The notes beneath the pieces are model-generated. The model ran no database searches, had not been told where the DNA came from, and saw only the letters and a program-made list of their open reading frames with translations. A program made the translations under genes and the position numbers. From positions 1-32,000 of the forward strand of contig NC_018655.1 of assembly GCF_000299365.1 (NCBI RefSeq): DNA of 32,000 bases, written 5' to 3'. This document shows positions 24,683-32,000 of this stretch, one piece after another (position 1 is the stretch's first letter; the number at the start of each line of letters is the position of its first letter). Source of the stretch: Candidatus Nitrosopumilus koreensis AR1 (GTDB lineage Archaea > Thermoproteota > Nitrososphaeria > Nitrososphaerales > Nitrosopumilaceae).

Positions 24683-24856
24683 ATGGATGCAAAATGTCCT
24701 GAATGTGAAAAAGTCGCAATACTGGATGATAAAATTACGAATGTAAGGTGTCCGCATTGCAATTTTGAAGCAGACTATGATACGTATATTGAAATCATGA
24801 AAGACCAGGCAATCAATATGTCCTCTGAGTATATTCCTGACAGACCTGGATTGTAA
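24683..24856 (+). CDS. Small zinc-ribbon protein (57 aa), unannotated in the ORF track
   Basis: My translation is MDAKCPECEKVAILDDKITNVRCPHCNFEADYDTYIEIMKDQAINMSSEYIPDRPGL. It has ATG 24683 and TAA 24854..24856. It carries a CPxC...CPxC zinc-ribbon signature, and a TATA-like box lies about 25 nt upstream. Confidence 0.55.
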   Translation: MDAKCPECEKVAILDDKITNVRCPHCNFEADYDTYIEIMKDQAINMSSEYIPDRPGL

Positions 24857-24857
24857 A

Positions 24858-24980
24858 CTACCAATAATTTCCCTTATCTGAACAATCTAGATGTGACCCA
24901 CAATTTGGGCAAAACATATGGCAAGCTTGCATGTCCACCATCTTATTATCGCATTTAGGACATCGTATATCCTCTACCAT
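24858..24980 (-). CDS. Small Cys/His-rich zinc-binding protein (40 aa), unannotated in the ORF track
   Basis: My reverse-strand translation is MVEDIRCPKCDNKMVDMQACHMFCPNCGSHLDCSDKGNYW. The ATG is at 24980..24978 and the TAG at 24860..24858. It has CPxC and CPxC pairs plus extra C/H residues. An AT-rich TATA-like stretch (24994..25013) lies about 25 nt upstream. Confidence 0.5.
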   Translation of the reverse strand: MVEDIRCPKCDNKMVDMQACHMFCPNCGSHLDCSDKGNYW

Positions 24981-25054
24981 GATTCTTCTTGTGATTATTA
25001 ATTTAAAAATAATGTCCAAAGGTTAATTAGTCGTTTCACTTTTTTTTCGAATAC

Positions 25055-25465
25055 TTGGCAAACTTCAAGATAACCATATCTGATATCAAAGGAAAATCAA
25101 TGTCAAAAGAGCTCAAAGACAGTGATGCTAATCCTCTTCTTGGCCTTGAATTGGGAAATGAAACTGATGCTTCTATTGTTGGTTTAAGTGGAAAACTAAA
25201 ACTTACTGGTGGAAGTGACAAGTCTGGTGTTCCAATGAGAAATGATATTCATGGTTCTGCAAGAAAATATGTTTTACTTTCTAAAGGAGTCGGTTTGCAA
25301 GCAGCAGAGAAAGGACAAAGAGTAAGAAAGTTAATGCGTGGAAATGCTGTTTCAGAAGAAATCTATCAGATTAATTGTAAATATGATGGTGAATTACCCA
25401 TTGAAGCTCCTGCTGAGGATGCAGTAGAGTCTTCAGAAGAAAAACCTGAAGATAAAAAAGAATAA
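25055..25465 (+). CDS. rps6e: Ribosomal protein S6e (eS6)
   Basis: ANFKITISDIKGKS..., LTGGSDKSGVPMRNDIHGSARKYVLLSKGVG and KGQRVRKLMRGN match the archaeal S6e pattern. The TTG start is required to retain the conserved N-terminus. Confidence 0.9.
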   Translation: MANFKITISDIKGKSMSKELKDSDANPLLGLELGNETDASIVGLSGKLKLTGGSDKSGVPMRNDIHGSARKYVLLSKGVGLQAAEKGQRVRKLMRGNAVSEEIYQINCKYDGELPIEAPAEDAVESSEEKPEDKKE

Positions 25466-25496
25466 CTTAACATATACCGCTTCTACATTTTGACTC

Positions 25497-26759
25497 ATGC
25501 ATTGGAGAGAGACACTTCCTGATTGGTACATCAAAAAATATGGATATCAACCATGTGTTAACATTGGAACTGCAGGTCATGTAGATCATGGAAAAACTAC
25601 TCTTATTCAGGCATTAACTGGTTCTTGGACAAGTGTTCATAGCCAAGAATTAAAACGTGGAATTACAATTCGTGTTGGTTATTCTGATGCAGCATTTTAC
25701 AAATGCAAGAGTTGTGAAGAACCCTTAGGCTATTCTACAACACCAAAATGTAACAATTGTGGAAAAGAAAGTGAACTATCTAGAGTTGTTAGTTTTGTTG
25801 ATAGTCCAGGACATGAAAGCCTGATGGCAAATATGTTATCCGGTTCTGCACTAATGGATGGAGCCTTATTACTTGTAGCTGCAAATGAAAAAGTTCCAAA
25901 ACCACAAACAAAAGAGCATCTTTTAGCACTTCAGACTCTTGGAATTCAACAAATTGTAGTTGTTCAAAACAAAGTTGATTTATTATCATACAAAGAGGCA
26001 TTAACTAATTATCAAGATATTACAAAATTTGTTAAAGGAACGCATGCTGCAAAAGCACCAATTATTCCAATTTCTGCCCAATCTGGTCTAAATATTGATG
26101 CTTTGATAGGTGCAATAGAGGCAAATATCAAAACACCAGATAGAGATGAAAAACAAGATACCGTTATGCATGTTCTGCGTTCTTTTGATGTTAACAAACC
26201 TGGTACTAAATTAAAAAACATCAAGGGTGGTGTAATTGGTGGTAGTTTAACACAAGGCATCTTCAATGTTGGTGATGAGATTGAGATTAAGCCAGGAATT
26301 TTAAATGAAAAGAAAAAAGTCTATGAACCCCTAGTCACAGAGATTACATCTCTAGGTACTGCTGCAGGAATTGTTGATTCAGTAAAACCTGGAGGGTTGG
26401 TTGCAATTGGAACCAAACTTGATCCATCAATGACTCGAAGTGATTCATTTATTGGATCAGTTATTGGCAAACCTGGAACCTTACCAGAAAACTCTACACA
26501 ACTAAAACTTGATGTGACCTTATTTGATTCAGCAGTAGGAACCACTGAGGATATCAAAGTCCAACCAATACAATCAGGCGAATTACTACGAGTAAATATT
26601 GGAACAGCTCCTCTTTTAGGCAAAGTAACCAAAGTAAAATCAAAAAATATTGAAATTGAATTGAGAAGACCGGCTTGTATATTTGAAGGTGGAAACGTAG
26701 CACTAAGTAGAAGAATTGATGAAAGATGGAGACTAATTGGTGCAGGAATAGTTGGTTGA
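25497..26759 (+). CDS. eif2g: Translation initiation factor aIF2 gamma subunit
   Basis: G1 motif GHVDHGKTTL, zinc-ribbon insertion CKSCEE...CNNCG, DSPGHE, NKVDL, and C-terminal beta-barrel domains. Confidence 0.94.
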   Translation: MHWRETLPDWYIKKYGYQPCVNIGTAGHVDHGKTTLIQALTGSWTSVHSQELKRGITIRVGYSDAAFYKCKSCEEPLGYSTTPKCNNCGKESELSRVVSFVDSPGHESLMANMLSGSALMDGALLLVAANEKVPKPQTKEHLLALQTLGIQQIVVVQNKVDLLSYKEALTNYQDITKFVKGTHAAKAPIIPISAQSGLNIDALIGAIEANIKTPDRDEKQDTVMHVLRSFDVNKPGTKLKNIKGGVIGGSLTQGIFNVGDEIEIKPGILNEKKKVYEPLVTEITSLGTAAGIVDSVKPGGLVAIGTKLDPSMTRSDSFIGSVIGKPGTLPENSTQLKLDVTLFDSAVGTTEDIKVQPIQSGELLRVNIGTAPLLGKVTKVKSKNIEIELRRPACIFEGGNVALSRRIDERWRLIGAGIVG

Positions 26760-27120
26760 CGTAATCTGCGACACAAATTTTCTGATTCATATTGCTACAA
26801 AAAGAATAAAAAACATTGATAATCTTGATGTAGAAATTGGTTCAATTTCTTTTGTGGTCCCAGAAGTTGTAAAAACAGAATTATTGAAATTATATACAAT
26901 TCCTGAAAAAAAACAAGATATTGAAAAAACATTAAACTACATAAAAAATTTTAAATCTATTCAATTATCTGGAAATTTTGCTGATAAAGAATTACTAGAA
27001 TATGTAAAATCTAAAAAATCAATCGTTGGAACCATGGACAAAGAATTAAAAAAACAGATCAAACAAAATGGTGGTTCTATATTGTCTCTTTCTAATGATA
27101 AAATTGTTTTAGAATCTTAG
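26752..27120 (+). CDS. PIN-domain protein (Fcf1/Utp24-like predicted RNase) in the conserved archaeal position downstream of aIF2 gamma
   Basis: The N-terminus VDVICDTNFLIH carries the first PIN acidic residue, and TMDKELKKQI lies near the C-terminus. The TTG start at 26752 overlaps the aIF2-gamma stop by 8 nt. Confidence 0.7.
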   Translation: MVDVICDTNFLIHIATKRIKNIDNLDVEIGSISFVVPEVVKTELLKLYTIPEKKQDIEKTLNYIKNFKSIQLSGNFADKELLEYVKSKKSIVGTMDKELKKQIKQNGGSILSLSNDKIVLES

Positions 27121-27157
27121 AAAAATTTAACTTTGAGCATTAAAGTTAATGTAGTAT

Positions 27158-27607
27158 ATGAAATTAGAAAGTCCTTCTTTTAAAAATGGTGAAACTATTC
27201 CAAAAAAATATGGTTATAAGAATGGAAATATTAGTCCACCATTAATTATTAACGATGTTCCAGAATCAACAAAATCTTTGGCTTTAATTATGGATGATCC
27301 TGATGCGATGGGAGCTGTTGGAAAAGTTTGGGTTCATTGGCTTTTATGGAATATTCCTAAAGATATAGAAAAAATAGATGAAAACTCTATACCTGAAAAT
27401 TCAATAGAAGGGAAAACTGACTTTGGAGAAATTGGTTATGGTGGACCTGCACCTCCTGACAAGGAGCATACTTACATTTTCAAACTGTATGCACTTGATA
27501 CAACACTTAATCTAAACAATAAATCAACAAAAGTAGATTTAGAAAATTCTATGAAAGATCATATTGTTGCTGAAACAAAATTAACAGGAAAATATGCTCC
27601 TCAATAA
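27158..27607 (+). CDS. PEBP / YbhB-YbcL family (Raf-kinase-inhibitor-like) protein
   Basis: SPPLIINDVP, LALIMDDPDA, WVHWLLWNIP, GYGGPAPPDKEHTYIFKLYALD. These are the diagnostic PEBP motifs. Confidence 0.88.
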   Translation: MKLESPSFKNGETIPKKYGYKNGNISPPLIINDVPESTKSLALIMDDPDAMGAVGKVWVHWLLWNIPKDIEKIDENSIPENSIEGKTDFGEIGYGGPAPPDKEHTYIFKLYALDTTLNLNNKSTKVDLENSMKDHIVAETKLTGKYAPQ

Positions 27608-27675
27608 GGAAAATTCGCTTATGTATAATATTTTCATATAAAGAGTAATAAGCCCAGTTTTTATTCAAAAAAATA

Positions 27676-29811
27676 TTGAATTCAAATTCTACGTTAATAT
27701 CTGTTGGAAATTTTGATTTTAAATTAAGTCATCTACTGATAATTGGGATTCTTGCACTGTCTTTTTCAATTTCTTTCTTAGTAAGATCTCAACCTGCCGA
27801 ATGGGGTTGGGAATTAAATGAATTTGATCCTTTTTTCAATTACCGAGCAACTGAATATTTGGTAAATAATGGGGTTGATGCATATTTTCAATGGGATGAT
27901 GAATTAAGTTGGTATCCTCATGGAAGAAACGTATCTGAAACTTCACAAGTAGCATTACACCTAACTGCTGCTACAACTTATTGGGTATTTGGTGCTGGAG
28001 GAAATCTGTATGATTTTACTATACTTTTTCCAGTAATTTTTGGTTCTTTAACAACTATAGTGCTTTTTGCGCTAGTTCGAGTAATTGGTGGAACCACTGC
28101 TGGATTGTTTTCAGCTTTGCTTTTTTCAGTATCTATTCCGATTTTAACCAGAGGTACAATTGGATGGTTCAAATCTGAACCACTTGGTTTGTTTTTTGCA
28201 ATTTTAGCATTGTATCTTCTTTTAAGTGGAATTAATTCAAAAAATAATAAAATTGCCATTCCTAAGCTTGTTTCTGGTGGATTTTTTATTATATTGGGTT
28301 TATCTGCATGGGGTGGCAATCAATTCTTCATAATTCCTTTAGGATTATTTTTCTTAATACTACCTTTCTTACGTAAAGATCATAAATTTTTGATTTGGGC
28401 AATTCCAATTTTCAGTTTATCTGCAACTGTTACATCTCTTGGTTTTGAAAGAATTACATCCAATTTTATAGTAGGGTTGGGTGGTTTTGCATTACTAATA
28501 CCAACAGTTTTTCTTGTATTGTGCATAGTTGTTCAAAACAAAAGTAATGAAAAATACAAAACTAGAAACGGTTTATTATTTTTATTATCATTTTTAGTTG
28601 CAACCTCTGCGTTTCTTGTAATCAACGCCTCTGAAGAGTTCATACCATTGCCATCTCATAGATATCTTAATGCAATTAATCCGTTTCTGACTACTACCGA
28701 TCCATTAGTTGATTCTGTTTCAGAACATGCTACGACTACTATCCAACATTCATTTTTCTTCCATTCTGTAATAATGCTCTTTGCTGGCATTGGAATTTGG
28801 ATGTTGATAAAAAATTCTAAATCTTCTATCATTCAAAATGATATGAAATCATTTTCATTAATCTTGGGAATTACTGGTGTCTATACTGCATCAGCATTTC
28901 TAAGATTGGAAGTATTTGCATCAATATCTGTTATAATTCTGGCCTCATTAGGAATATCGATTTTATGTCAATCGTTCTTTTCAAATCAGACACAATTGAG
29001 TAATCTGAAAAATTCCATAATTAAACTATCTTTTGGTATTGGTTTGATAGTACTACTGATAATTCCACTAACTTCGTACTCTCCACTAAATGTGTTTCAA
29101 GTAGGTGATAATCCATTTACCATGCTTAATGGTGGAACTAATTACGCTGTAGCAACTAATGACTGGAATGATTCCTTGGAATGGATAAAAAATAATACTC
29201 CTGAAAATTCTGTTGTTGCAGCATGGTGGGATTATGGATATTGGATCCAAGCGAAATCTGATAGAACTACTCTTGCTGACAATTCAACAATTTATACTTC
29301 AATTATAGAAAAAATAGCAAAGATTTTCCTTTCTACACCAGATGAAGGTTGGAAAAAACTGCAAATAATGGAAGCAGATTACTTTGTAATCTTTGTTGCT
29401 GGTCAGAGACTAACTTTAGACGGAAACGAAAATCAACCAATTTACATTTTACAAGGTGGTGGTGATGAATCGAAAAAGCAATGGTTTATGAGAATCGCGG
29501 GTGAGCCACTCAATAAACATCTTCAATCAGATGGAATTAGTGGAACTGATCATTTTTGGAATAACACACTATTAGGTAAGATGATTCCGTTTAATTTGAT
29601 TGGATATGTTAATTTTCAAACAAACCAACAATCATTATCGTATCAACCTGGATTCACAGCAATTTATGAAAAAGATGTAAAATTTTCACCAGATGAAGAT
29701 GGCCCATTAAGGTTGGTTTACTCGTCACCCAGCTTTGATGCTTCAAAAGGTGAAGCTGTAATAGGGGTTTTTATTTATGAAATTAATAAAGACTATGTTC
29801 CATTAGATTAA
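27676..29811 (+). CDS. aglB: Oligosaccharyltransferase AglB (STT3 family)
   Basis: 13-TM-type N-terminal region with EFDPFFNYR (first acidic motif), the WWDYGYWI catalytic motif, and a downstream TLADNSTIYTSIIEKIAKIF block resembling the eukaryotic DNNTWNN.HI region. The start is TTG. Confidence 0.92.
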   Translation: MNSNSTLISVGNFDFKLSHLLIIGILALSFSISFLVRSQPAEWGWELNEFDPFFNYRATEYLVNNGVDAYFQWDDELSWYPHGRNVSETSQVALHLTAATTYWVFGAGGNLYDFTILFPVIFGSLTTIVLFALVRVIGGTTAGLFSALLFSVSIPILTRGTIGWFKSEPLGLFFAILALYLLLSGINSKNNKIAIPKLVSGGFFIILGLSAWGGNQFFIIPLGLFFLILPFLRKDHKFLIWAIPIFSLSATVTSLGFERITSNFIVGLGGFALLIPTVFLVLCIVVQNKSNEKYKTRNGLLFLLSFLVATSAFLVINASEEFIPLPSHRYLNAINPFLTTTDPLVDSVSEHATTTIQHSFFFHSVIMLFAGIGIWMLIKNSKSSIIQNDMKSFSLILGITGVYTASAFLRLEVFASISVIILASLGISILCQSFFSNQTQLSNLKNSIIKLSFGIGLIVLLIIPLTSYSPLNVFQVGDNPFTMLNGGTNYAVATNDWNDSLEWIKNNTPENSVVAAWWDYGYWIQAKSDRTTLADNSTIYTSIIEKIAKIFLSTPDEGWKKLQIMEADYFVIFVAGQRLTLDGNENQPIYILQGGGDESKKQWFMRIAGEPLNKHLQSDGISGTDHFWNNTLLGKMIPFNLIGYVNFQTNQQSLSYQPGFTAIYEKDVKFSPDEDGPLRLVYSSPSFDASKGEAVIGVFIYEINKDYVPLD

Positions 29812-29815
29812 TTTT

Positions 29816-29971
29816 CTAATTGTATCTCTCAGCTAATCTATATCTCATATACTTGTCATCTGGTGAAAATTTTGCAGGATGTGCAGATATGGTTTGCTCA
29901 TCACATCTAGAGCATTTTTCTTTTAATGTATATTGATTACATCTTGTACACTTTCGTAACTGAAATCTCAT
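29816..29971 (-). CDS. nop10: H/ACA RNP protein Nop10 (51 aa), missed by the ORF track
   Basis: My reverse-strand translation is MRFQLRKCTRCNQYTLKEKCSRCDEQTISAHPAKFSPDDKYMRYRLAERYN. It has the zinc ribbon C-x2-C...C-x2-C followed by HP.KFSP.D, the Nop10 hallmark. It starts 1 nt after the aIF2-alpha stop, the conserved archaeal arrangement. Confidence 0.88.
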   Translation of the reverse strand: MRFQLRKCTRCNQYTLKEKCSRCDEQTISAHPAKFSPDDKYMRYRLAERYN

Positions 29972-29972
29972 T

Positions 29973-30770
29973 TTAGTTCTCTCTAGTTTTCTTTGATTCT
30001 TCTCTGGTGAATTTGAATGATCCTTTCTTTTTTTCTATATTAGTTTGAATTTCTGCAATAATTGGTTTTAATGATTTTTCTGCAGATTTAAAATCTTCTG
30101 AGGTGATAGACAATCTATATTTTGGTGCACCCAAATATGTAATGTCAATGGTAGAATCTTTTTTTAGTTCATCCAAAAGAACTTTTTTAATAATTTCAAT
30201 TCCATCTGATTTTGAGTTAATAATTTCCATAATTCCTCTAATTTCTACCGATGGAAGTTTGATTTTAGAACAAATTTCTTCGATCACATTTGCCGTTTTC
30301 TTTGGAATTTTTAATTCTTTGACTGAATCAATTCCATTTCTTCCAATTTCAATAAATGCATCATAAATCGAATCATATTTTGAATAAATACTGTCTTCTA
30401 GTTTTTCAATATCTTGGTCAGATAATTTTGCTTTTTCTTGAACATTCTGTAATAGAGTTTTTCCTTTCTCAAATTTTTTAACTTCTTTTAATTTTTGCTT
30501 TTTCTGATCTTTTGAAACCTGTTTTAATGAAAGGTCAATGTCTCCACGTTGAGGATTTACTTTTTTTACTAGAAGAACTTTTTTCTCTCCGTCTTTAACA
30601 AATCTATTTACTGATCTTATCCAACCAGGTGCAATTTCGGAAATGTGTAAAAACCCTTGTAAATTATCATATTCATCTAATGTAACATATGCACCATGAT
30701 CCATGACTTTGGTGACTGTCGCAAGGACAATTTCTCCCTGTTCAGGCATTTCTTGAACTTCTGTAGACAT
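29973..30770 (-). CDS. eif2a: Translation initiation factor aIF2 alpha subunit
   Basis: The N-terminal S1 domain is PEQGEIVLATVTKVMDHGAYVTLDEYDNLQGFLHISEIAPGWIRSV, followed by GDIDLSLKQV and helical plus alpha-beta C-terminal domains. Confidence 0.92.
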   Translation of the reverse strand: MSTEVQEMPEQGEIVLATVTKVMDHGAYVTLDEYDNLQGFLHISEIAPGWIRSVNRFVKDGEKKVLLVKKVNPQRGDIDLSLKQVSKDQKKQKLKEVKKFEKGKTLLQNVQEKAKLSDQDIEKLEDSIYSKYDSIYDAFIEIGRNGIDSVKELKIPKKTANVIEEICSKIKLPSVEIRGIMEIINSKSDGIEIIKKVLLDELKKDSTIDITYLGAPKYRLSITSEDFKSAEKSLKPIIAEIQTNIEKKKGSFKFTREESKKTREN

Positions 30771-30809
30771 TTCTTCTAAAACTCTTGTTGTGTAAATTAA
30801 TGTTGCTGG

Positions 30810-31340
30810 TTAGAAATCAATTCCTTTTTTGGCTTTGATCCCCTTTTGAAAAGGATGTTTGATCTCCTTCATTTCTGTGACTAAATCCGCAATTTCTATT
30901 ACTTCTTCTTTTGCATAATTTCCTGTTAGAACTAAATCCACATCCTCAGGTTTTGCTTTAATCAATTCTAGCACATCATCTACAGAAATTAGATTCAAAT
31001 TAACTGCATAGTTAATTTCATCTAAAATCACAATATCATATTTTCTTGATTGAATCTTTTCATTACTAATTTTTATTGCTTCTTTTGCAACTTTTTCATG
31101 GTCTTCTTTTGGACTTTTGTCGTCAATAATGCCTACAAATCCCTTTCCAACTGTAACCATCTCAAATTCTGGTTCAAGTTTTTTTGTTGAATCCATCTCT
31201 CCATAATGCCACGAACCTTTGATAAACTGAATCATACAGATTTTTTTATCATAGCCTGTAGCTCTTAATGCAAGTCCTAAAGCAGCAGTTGTCTTACCTT
31301 TGCCTTTTCCTGTATATACAATTGTTAAACCGTCACTCAT
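30810..31340 (-). CDS. cobA: Cob(I)yrinic acid a,c-diamide adenosyltransferase (CobA/CobO/BtuR type)
   Basis: The P-loop-like block is IVYTGKGKGKTTAALGLALRATG. Other blocks are IQFIKGSWHYGE, ILDEINYAV, DLVLTGN and VTEMKEIKHPF. Confidence 0.87.
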   Translation of the reverse strand: MSDGLTIVYTGKGKGKTTAALGLALRATGYDKKICMIQFIKGSWHYGEMDSTKKLEPEFEMVTVGKGFVGIIDDKSPKEDHEKVAKEAIKISNEKIQSRKYDIVILDEINYAVNLNLISVDDVLELIKAKPEDVDLVLTGNYAKEEVIEIADLVTEMKEIKHPFQKGIKAKKGIDF

Positions 31341-31427
31341 GACATTTCATTTCATCATCTAACTAAAAACATTGAGTATTTTACAAATACATCGATTTAA
31401 ATAAAAAAATAATAGTATTCATGCAAA

Positions 31428-32000
31428 TTGAAAATTCCAAGAATTGTGTTGGCAGGTGCTAGTAGTGGAGTTGGAAAAACATCTATCACCTGTTCAATAA
31501 TTTATGCATTACAAAAAAGAGGTTTTTCTGTTCAACCATTCAAGGTTGGTCCTGATTATATAGATCCAAGTTATCTTTCAAGTATTTCAAAAAATGAAAC
31601 ATTCAATTTGGATGTTTGGTTGATGGGAAAAAATCATTTGTTGTCTAGTTTTGTCTCAAACTCAAAATCTGATGTATCTGTTATTGAAGGTGTCATGGGA
31701 TTTTATGATGGGTTTGATGGTAATTCAAATTATGCTAGTACTCATCATGTATCTGAAATAACAAAATCTCCTGTGATACTTATTCTTGATGCCAGCAAAA
31801 CTGCTCGGTCTATTGCAGCAACTGCTTTGGGATTTCAAAAATTTCATAAAAATTCTGGAATCTCTGCAATAATTCTTAATAAAATAGGTAGTAAAAAACA
31901 CGAAAATCTGTGTAGGCAAGCATTACAAAAAACAAAACTTCCAATAGTTGGAGTGATCCCAAAAGATTACTCTCTTAATCTAGAATCAAGACATCTGGGA
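31428..32000 (+). CDS. cbiA: Cobyrinate a,c-diamide synthase, N-terminal 191 codons (runs off the right edge)
   Basis: My translation from TTG 31428 is (M)KIPRIVLAGASSGVGKTSITCSIIYALQKRGFSVQPFKVGPDYIDPSYL...VIEGVMGFYDG...LDASKTARSIAATALGF...IILNKIGSKKHE...SRHLG. The frame is open to position 32000. The in-frame stop upstream is at 31413..31415. It is not in the ORF track because it is truncated. Confidence 0.87.
   Translation, partial: MKIPRIVLAGASSGVGKTSITCSIIYALQKRGFSVQPFKVGPDYIDPSYLSSISKNETFNLDVWLMGKNHLLSSFVSNSKSDVSVIEGVMGFYDGFDGNSNYASTHHVSEITKSPVILILDASKTARSIAATALGFQKFHKNSGISAIILNKIGSKKHENLCRQALQKTKLPIVGVIPKDYSLNLESRHLG

Noticed and set aside
25055-27120. S6e / aIF2-gamma / PIN cluster as a toxin-antitoxin (VapC-like) module
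   Set aside because: The PIN gene has no small upstream antitoxin partner. It sits in the widely conserved archaeal position overlapping aIF2-gamma, which points to a housekeeping Fcf1/Utp24-like RNase rather than a VapBC system.

Overview
Visibly AT-rich, tightly packed (roughly 90% coding) chromosomal segment. Its gene content looks like a marine ammonia-oxidising thaumarchaeon (Nitrosopumilus-like): archaeal primase PriL/PriS, aIF2 alpha and gamma, S6e, Nop10, AglB/STT3, an AcnX pair and anaerobic-type cobalamin genes. I support 30 protein-coding genes (two truncated at the window edges) and one tRNA-Gly(CCC). Five of these CDSs are not in the ORF track: Nop10, two zinc-ribbon micro-ORFs, a partial cbiA, and a partial gene at the left edge. 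I saw no rRNA, CRISPR array, transposase, integrase or prophage genes. Most of the window is ordinary housekeeping. The one clearly accessory element is a 7.5-kb gene (8070..15554) for a 2494-aa N-terminally membrane-anchored surface protein. It carries a perfect nested 27/33/60-bp tandem repeat encoding at least 14 N-S-T glycosylation sequons, a LamG-like domain, Ig-like modules, Ser/Asp-rich strand repeats and an (AGTTCC)n poly-Ser microsatellite. Other items worth a second look: a glutamate-racemase-fold protein in which both catalytic cysteines are serines; a UPF0182 giant membrane protein directly abutted by a divergent stand-alone glutamine amidotransferase and followed by a C39-like/TPR protein that seems to lack the nucleophile Cys; two convergent unannotated zinc-ribbon micro-ORFs; very short divergent intergenic regions with one central TATA-like element; and frequent TTG starts. 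I do not see a convincing multi-gene novel system such as a defence or secretion locus. The giant surface-protein gene is my best candidate for undescribed biology. All family assignments are by-eye motif recognition, not database searches.
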